Assembly: GCA_964634105.1 (NCBI GenBank)
Contig: CAZWIU010000006.1
Span: 4,288 to 68,287, forward strand
Reading direction: 5' to 3'
Source of the DNA: an uncultured Bacteroidales bacterium
GTDB lineage: Bacteria; Bacteroidota; Bacteroidia; Bacteroidales; UBA10428
Length of the DNA stretch: 64,000 nucleotides
The notes below the pieces were generated by a model. It made no database searches. It had not been told where the DNA came from and saw only the letters and a program-made list of their open reading frames with translations. This document shows, piece after piece, positions 59,063 to 64,000 of the stretch. Each line of letters begins with the position of its first letter. Position 1 is the first letter of the stretch. The position numbers were made by a program, and so were the translations under genes.

Positions 59063-59206
59063 TAATCTTTTTTTTTTAGAATAATAATTTATTTTTACAG
59101 GTAGTTTATCAGGTTCTGACAGTTATTGGTGTTGATCCTCATGTTTCTCCCCAGACTTTCTAACCGATTTAATAACAAATCAATTTTAATTTATTAATTT
59201 ATTTTT

Positions 59207-59491
59207 ATGAACATTTTTATTGCAAAGCTTAGTCCTAAAACGACTAATGAATCACTTAACACTCTTTTTCAGGAGTATGGTGCTGTTGATAGTGCCAAAG
59301 TAATTTTTGATCGTGAATCAGGTCGATCAAAATGCTTTGGATTTGTTGAGATGCCAAACGACCAGGAAGCTAACGAGGCAATTAATGACCTCGACGGTGT
59401 TGAATTTGAAGGTTCAGCAATAGTCGTTAAAAAAGCCCGTCCCAAAAATGACAGCAGGGATCAGGGCCGTCGCTCATTCAACAGATATTAA
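59207..59491 (+). CDS. RRM-type RNA-binding protein
   Basis: 94 aa. RNP2 is NIFIAKL and RNP1 is KCFGFVEM. The tail is basic and Arg-rich. Confidence 0.9.
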   Translation: MNIFIAKLSPKTTNESLNTLFQEYGAVDSAKVIFDRESGRSKCFGFVEMPNDQEANEAINDLDGVEFEGSAIVVKKARPKNDSRDQGRRSFNRY

Positions 59492-59561
59492 TACGTTGTC
59501 AGACATCCGGTGAAGTTCTCACTGGCAAAACGTCAGAAAGCATCTTATTTCTCTATAGATC

Positions 59562-59583
59562 AGCCCGGCCAACCGGGCTTTTT
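59562..59583 (+). terminator. Intrinsic terminator of the RRM gene
   Basis: AGCCCGG (59562-59568) pairs with CCGGGCT (59573-59579). The loop is CCAA and TTTT follows. Confidence 0.65.
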
Positions 59584-59593
59584 AAGTTTCAAT

Positions 59594-59869
59594 ATGGAAT
59601 GTAGAAAATATTGCGGGGCATGCTGCATAATGCCGTCAATTTCTTCCCCGCTACCAGGAATGCCCGATGGCAAGCCGGCCGGTGTCCAATGTATTCATTT
59701 GACAGATAATTTTAAATGTTCGATCTATAATCGTTCTGACCGGCCAAAGGTCTGCGCCGGATTTAAGGCCGATCCTTTGGTTTGCGGGAATTCAAGAGAA
59801 GAAGCCCTGTCTATTTTTGCACAACTTGAAGGCCTCAATCTGGCTACATGTGATATATTAAAAGGCTGA
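59594..59869 (+). CDS. YkgJ-family (UPF0153) cysteine-cluster protein
   Basis: The start is MECRKYCGACCIMPS (CxxxCxxCC), with further Cys residues at VQCIH, FKCS and KVCAG. The ORF track starts at 59510, but that extension spans the terminator hairpin. Confidence 0.7.
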   Translation: MECRKYCGACCIMPSISSPLPGMPDGKPAGVQCIHLTDNFKCSIYNRSDRPKVCAGFKADPLVCGNSREEALSIFAQLEGLNLATCDILKG

Positions 59870-60003
59870 AACCAGAGGATCTATTCCTGGATCATACCAT
59901 ATATATTTTATTGCTTTTTTTCACTATCTGTAAAAATGTATCCTTATGAAAGAATATAACGTACATTAGCAGAAATTCAAGGCATAAATAAATATTGAAT
60001 AAT

Positions 60004-60486
60004 ATGAAGAAGATAATCATTGGTTTATCGGTTCTTTTAGGATCAATGCAATTACTGGTAGCTCAGACAAGTGAAGAGAAGGATCAAATAATTAAGCAGA
60101 TCCAGGAGAAAGACAGGAAGCTGGAAACTTTTATAAAACAGGGGAAGACCGATAGTATTGCCGCGCTGTTTTCACCCAACTGCCACCTTGCAGGTGAATA
60201 CGGTGATCTCATTGAAAGCCGTGAAAAGGTTAAAGAATATTACTCCAAAGAGAAATCATCAGGTAAGAAAATATCAAGTTATTCCCTGACTGCCGAAGAA
60301 CATAAAGTATATGATGATGTCGTGCTTGAAATTGGAACAAACACCGTTAAATATACCATCGGAGCTGATAAAAAACTCTATATCACAGAATATAACTACA
60401 TGCTGGTATGGAAGCAATCAAAGAATGGTCCCTACCAAATCAGGGCTGCCATGTGGAACCTGAAAAAAAATCCTTGCGCCCAATAA
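60004..60486 (+). CDS. Secreted SnoaL/NTF2-like (DUF4440-type) protein
   Basis: The signal peptide is MKKIIIGLSVLLGSMQLLVAQ. The C-terminal segment YNYMLVWKQSKNGPYQIRAAMWN is typical of DUF4440-like proteins. The ORF track starts at a TTG at 59995. Confidence 0.55.
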   Translation: MKKIIIGLSVLLGSMQLLVAQTSEEKDQIIKQIQEKDRKLETFIKQGKTDSIAALFSPNCHLAGEYGDLIESREKVKEYYSKEKSSGKKISSYSLTAEEHKVYDDVVLEIGTNTVKYTIGADKKLYITEYNYMLVWKQSKNGPYQIRAAMWNLKKNPCAQ

Positions 60487-60512
60487 AAATCAATTACATT
60501 TAATGATGTTAT

Positions 60513-60546
60513 AAAAAACCACGCTACATGAAAAAGGTGGTTTTTT
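60513..60546. terminator. Bidirectional hairpin terminator between convergent genes
   Basis: AAAAAACCAC (60513-60522) pairs with GTGGTTTTTT (60537-60546). The loop is 14 nt. Confidence 0.45.
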
Positions 60547-61769
60547 CAAGGGTAAATTATGCTGTCCTGCTTAGCAAACCATCTGTTGAAAAATTCCGGA
60601 ACACAAATGGAAGCAAGTTCATTCGGCGAATTCTCCAGAAATGCGATTCCTACATTTTCTTCAGGGCAAAACGCAATCTCGGCACGATATCCTTTTACAT
60701 ATCCGCCGTGATAAATTATTTTTCGTCCCTTATAAATATATATGCGCCATCCCAGACTATAATATTTTGCTTCAATCGGGTCCCAGCTTCTGAGGTAACG
60801 CCTTTGCAGAGGGCTTTCAACAACCGGCGTAATGATTTTCTCAAGAATAATACTATCGAGAACGTGCGGGGAGTTGCCCAGCAATGCAAGGAGCCATTTG
60901 CTGAGATCCGAGATACTTGCATTCACGCCGGCAGCAGGTTTGAGATTGTAATACCCGACATTAACAGGTAACATAACCGGAATAGAGTCGCTATACGAAT
61001 GCGGATATGCTATATTTCCACGTTTCTTTCTGAAAACTTCAGGATTGGCAGAAGCGTCGCGCATTTTCAATGGCTTGAATATTTTCTTTTCGAGAAGTTC
61101 GTCGTATGGCATTCCTGTTTTAATTAATACAATACTATCGAAAAGGCTGAAAATAACATTCTGATAGCTATACAGAACACCCGGCTTTGCTGATATTTCA
61201 ACCGTGGGTAATTCCTGAATTATCATCGGGAGCGAGACTCCTTCTTCAATCAGATTATCAAAAGCATGAGGAACAAGACCTGTGGTATGGCTCAGTATAT
61301 TCAGGATAGTTAGTTCGGAGGTATTGATTGAGTCTTTGAGTCTGAAACCCGGAATAATTGTACTCACTCTCTCATCAAGTGAAATCAGGCTGTCCTTCTC
61401 AAGGACACAGGCTAATACACCGGCAAATCCTTTGGATACCGATGCCAGACGAAATATAGTATGTGTATTTACGGAATCGTTTGTTCCTGTTTTTTTCACT
61501 CCATACGGTTTAAGCAGCATGATTTTATTGTTATAGACAATAGTTAATGCCGCACCTACAGTATTTGTGCTGTCAAAAGCATTAACAAAAAAATCCTCAT
61601 AGTTGTGAACCAGTTTTTGTTCAGGTGATGTGTCAACAGCACATTGCTCGGTATCAGGCAGGTCAACCCGACTTTTTTTGTTGGTAAGGAATGAAAAAGT
61701 AATAATAACTACTAAAATAACAAGAATTGAAGTAATGAGTATTAATCGAGTTACAGGGTTAAGATTCAT
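60546..61769 (-). CDS. Serine hydrolase of the beta-lactamase (class C / PBP4*-like) family
   Basis: 407 aa with an N-terminal TM or signal segment. The SxxK motif is ASVSKGF, the YxN-like motif is YSYQN, and the C-terminal motif is HGGYVKGY. Confidence 0.85.
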   Translation of the reverse strand: MNLNPVTRLILITSILVILVVIITFSFLTNKKSRVDLPDTEQCAVDTSPEQKLVHNYEDFFVNAFDSTNTVGAALTIVYNNKIMLLKPYGVKKTGTNDSVNTHTIFRLASVSKGFAGVLACVLEKDSLISLDERVSTIIPGFRLKDSINTSELTILNILSHTTGLVPHAFDNLIEEGVSLPMIIQELPTVEISAKPGVLYSYQNVIFSLFDSIVLIKTGMPYDELLEKKIFKPLKMRDASANPEVFRKKRGNIAYPHSYSDSIPVMLPVNVGYYNLKPAAGVNASISDLSKWLLALLGNSPHVLDSIILEKIITPVVESPLQRRYLRSWDPIEAKYYSLGWRIYIYKGRKIIYHGGYVKGYRAEIAFCPEENVGIAFLENSPNELASICVPEFFNRWFAKQDSIIYP

Positions 61770-61895
61770 ATGAACAATATGTTATTCCCATCTGAACTGT
61801 ATGAAGTATTGAACGGATTAATACATGCTTTATTCTGCTGCACGACATATCTTTTCAACAATGCTATCATTTCGGCTCATGTATTCTTTTCGATA

Positions 61896-63062
61896 TCAAT
61901 TGCTTTCATAAATATTCTGAAGATGATTTGAAACCTCGATGCAATAACGTACATTATGGTACATCGATTTCCATATATGTAATTTTGGTATCCCTTCAAG
62001 GGGTTTGCCTTCGCGCGAAACAGAATCGTACCATTCACCGTATTGCTGGTCACAAAAGGTATTATCGATATATTCAAGGAGACGAATAGCATAGCTGAGG
62101 AATTTCTTGTCGCTGCTTTCACGATATGCTGCAAGAAAAGCAATTACACTCTCCGCCTGAGGCCACCATTCTTTGATGGTCGAAATTGGACGATGATTTT
62201 TAAAACGATTAAAGATACCACCATACAGGTTGTCGAATCCTCTTTCTATTGTATTATTTGCCAACGCAATAAGAATTTCTTTGCTGGGGATAATGTATTC
62301 TTTATTCTTGATTGCGTGTGCAGCTTTTTTCACAATCCATGCAACTTCAGCGTTATGGCCCAACCACGTTTCATTTGGAACTGGTTTCCATGACAATTCT
62401 AACTGGTGATAAACTTCTTCTTTGTGAATATTGACAAACCGACGGATGAGGATATCAACGATATTTTCTATGCTTGCATGGTACTTTGTATCGTCCAGAA
62501 CTTCCACCGATTTCATTAAAGCTTCCAACAAGTGCAGATGGGTTCCAAGTGATCTTTTTTGTGGTGGTTGAGCTTCCCATTGCAGATTATAACCATCTAA
62601 ATAACTTCCATCAGCAGGATGTTTTATAGTTCTCTCAACAAAATCTATCTGCTTTACTAATTCATTTTTGATTTCCGGTTCTTTCGTGAGGGCATAATAC
62701 TCAGCCAGTCCGCTTATAACGAAAGCCTGTGCAACAGAGGAATAATAATCGTCGTGAATGATGTTGCCTTGCTCATCTGTAGCCCAGTAATACCCGCCAT
62801 AAGGGTTATTCAGTTTTGTTCTCAGGGTTTGATAGGCCAGGTCAGCTATGTATTTGTAATCATATTTCTTAAGGTGATTGCATGCTGCCGATGAGCCATA
62901 CAGAATTCTTGAAATATATATACATCCCGTTGGGGCAGTAAATTCAGCAGTACCATCGTTAGCAATTTGAGTGGCAATCTTGCCATCGCAAATCACATGC
63001 TCCTGCCAAAAGCGCATAATGTTTGTCAACTCATGATTAAGGCGTTCAACATAATATTCCAT
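61896..63062 (-). CDS. AGE-family epimerase/isomerase (N-acylglucosamine 2-epimerase / cellobiose 2-epimerase-like)
   Basis: 388 aa with an (alpha/alpha)6-barrel-type repeat pattern. Motifs include FWQEHV..DG, GGYYWATDEQG, LHLLEAL, WLGHNAEVAW and WWPQAE. Confidence 0.8.
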   Translation of the reverse strand: MEYYVERLNHELTNIMRFWQEHVICDGKIATQIANDGTAEFTAPTGCIYISRILYGSSAACNHLKKYDYKYIADLAYQTLRTKLNNPYGGYYWATDEQGNIIHDDYYSSVAQAFVISGLAEYYALTKEPEIKNELVKQIDFVERTIKHPADGSYLDGYNLQWEAQPPQKRSLGTHLHLLEALMKSVEVLDDTKYHASIENIVDILIRRFVNIHKEEVYHQLELSWKPVPNETWLGHNAEVAWIVKKAAHAIKNKEYIIPSKEILIALANNTIERGFDNLYGGIFNRFKNHRPISTIKEWWPQAESVIAFLAAYRESSDKKFLSYAIRLLEYIDNTFCDQQYGEWYDSVSREGKPLEGIPKLHIWKSMYHNVRYCIEVSNHLQNIYESN

Positions 63063-63073
63063 AATGTGAGAGG

Positions 63074-64000
63074 TTATAAATGTGAGAATTTTTGTATGAT
63101 TTTGTTCATGTTGAGTTCTGCATCTTTGTTAATTACCATCCGATCCGGTTTCTCTTCAAACCAGGAAATGGATTTGCGAATTCCTTCAGCAAAAGAAATA
63201 GTTGATTTCCAACCAGGCGCCAGGCTTTTGATTTTTGAGTTATCGAATACCACCGACCGGGCTTTGTCTCCTAACAGGGCAGCTCCCCATTCCGGAACGC
63301 ATGCATTAATAAAATCGGAAGGTATGTGAATCAGTTTTGGTTCAATTCCAATGCACGCACCGATGATCCTGTATAACTGGTCCCAGGTATGGACTTCATC
63401 TGAAGTAATATGAAAATGATTGAATAATGCCCGATCGTTACCCAGCAAGGTAACAAAAGCCCTGGCAAAATCGGAATGATGAGTCATTACCCAGAGCGAT
63501 TCACCATCGCCATGCGATATAAGTGGAAGCCCTTTCCGGATACGGTATACAGGATTGTATTCCCGGGCAGTGAAAGCAACCGGAATCCAGGTTTTGCCAT
63601 AGGTGTAGGAAGGCCTAACTATCGTGTACGGTAATTTATCCTGGGCTCGTAATATATTTTCACACCCGATCTTATTCCGGGCATATTCCCAAAAAGGATT
63701 TTCAAGGGGACAATTTTCAGTGATGATATATTGATCGGGAGGCTTTTTATACACCGTGGCCGAACTGATAAAAATGAATTGTGCTGTTTTGCCGCTGAAA
63801 TAATCGATATTACGTTGCATCTGTTCGGGCGTGAAACAGATGAAATCAGCAACAACATCGAATGGTGCATATTCGTCTAATTTAGACCAATCGGCAGGTT
63901 TGTTAATATCACCATAGATGGTTTTTAAGGAGGTACCGAAAGTGTAATAATCTGACAGCCCCCTGTTAAAATGAAATAAAGTAAGACCTGCGCCCAAGAC
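63074..64000 (-). CDS. NAD-dependent epimerase/dehydratase (extended SDR) family protein; the N-terminus lies beyond the window end
   Basis: The frame stays open to position 64000. The motifs are FIFISSATVY and the catalytic YxxxK (YARNK). The Rossmann GxxGxxG would lie outside the window. Confidence 0.8.
   Translation of the reverse strand, partial: VLGAGLTLFHFNRGLSDYYTFGTSLKTIYGDINKPADWSKLDEYAPFDVVADFICFTPEQMQRNIDYFSGKTAQFIFISSATVYKKPPDQYIITENCPLENPFWEYARNKIGCENILRAQDKLPYTIVRPSYTYGKTWIPVAFTAREYNPVYRIRKGLPLISHGDGESLWVMTHHSDFARAFVTLLGNDRALFNHFHITSDEVHTWDQLYRIIGACIGIEPKLIHIPSDFINACVPEWGAALLGDKARSVVFDNSKIKSLAPGWKSTISFAEGIRKSISWFEEKPDRMVINKDAELNMNKIIQKFSHL

Noticed and set aside
59510-59593. 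The N-terminal extension of the YkgJ-like ORF.
   Set aside because: It spans a strong terminator hairpin (59562-59583). The Cys-cluster family normally starts just before the CxxxCxxCC motif.
1-64000. Search for mobile elements, tRNA/rRNA genes, prophage or defence-island signatures.
   Set aside because: I saw no transposase, integrase, recombinase or phage-structural motifs in any listed ORF. I also saw no tRNA-like T-arm (GGTTCGAATCC-type) outside coding sequence, and no flanking long inverted or direct repeats. The window looks like core chromosome.

Overview
The window looks like a gene-dense chromosomal segment from a Bacteroidota genome. The evidence is a SusC/SusD pair, a Reg_prop/Y_Y_Y sensor, a CHU_C/T9SS-type C-terminal domain, a TonB-dependent receptor followed by a DUF4249-type lipoprotein, and many Cys-lipobox signal peptides. 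I support about 55 protein-coding genes. I found no rRNA, tRNA, CRISPR array, transposase or integrase.

Gene content, left to right:
- Partial SusD plus SusC, followed by a 925-bp non-coding gap.
- A Tat-signal aldo/keto reductase.
- A large beta-propeller sensor that has no kinase.
- PPK2.
- An ECF sigma factor and a translationally coupled PKD-domain membrane protein.
- An RDD / SpoIIM-like / DUF4129 / DUF4350 / MoxR / DUF58 cluster.
- An MBOAT acyltransferase module.
- A CASTOR/POLLUX-like channel.
- TonB-ExbB-ExbD.
- ppa, DedA, uppP, an MFS sugar permease and ddl.
- An uncharacterised membrane protein plus lipoprotein pair.
- An MlaEFD-type ABC system and a LarA-like protein.
- malQ/glgX.
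- PaaK, an ACT protein and an aminotransferase.
- GH26 and YbjQ.
- A TonB-dependent receptor module.
- An orphan GAF histidine kinase.
- An RRM protein, a class-C beta-lactamase-like hydrolase, an AGE epimerase and a partial SDR epimerase.

Most interesting non-routine signals:
1. A bipartite, ECF-promoter-like motif (ATGCAACTATTTT-N11-GGTnnTn) occurs three times around the ECF sigma locus. Two copies head short, mutually similar units that end in terminators and contain no ORF, so they are candidate sigma-dependent small RNAs.
2. Six direct repeats phased at exactly 21 bp (core CCGGGGACA) lie in the long gap upstream of susC.
3. A seven-gene MoxR/DUF58/DUF4350/DUF4129/SpoIIM-like/RDD cluster of unknown function.
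4. A sensor with the extracytoplasmic part of a hybrid two-component system but only a GAF domain and coiled coil in the cytoplasm.
5. An uncharacterised coiled-coil membrane protein paired with a vWA-like lipoprotein.

All family assignments come from motif recognition by eye. No database search was run.
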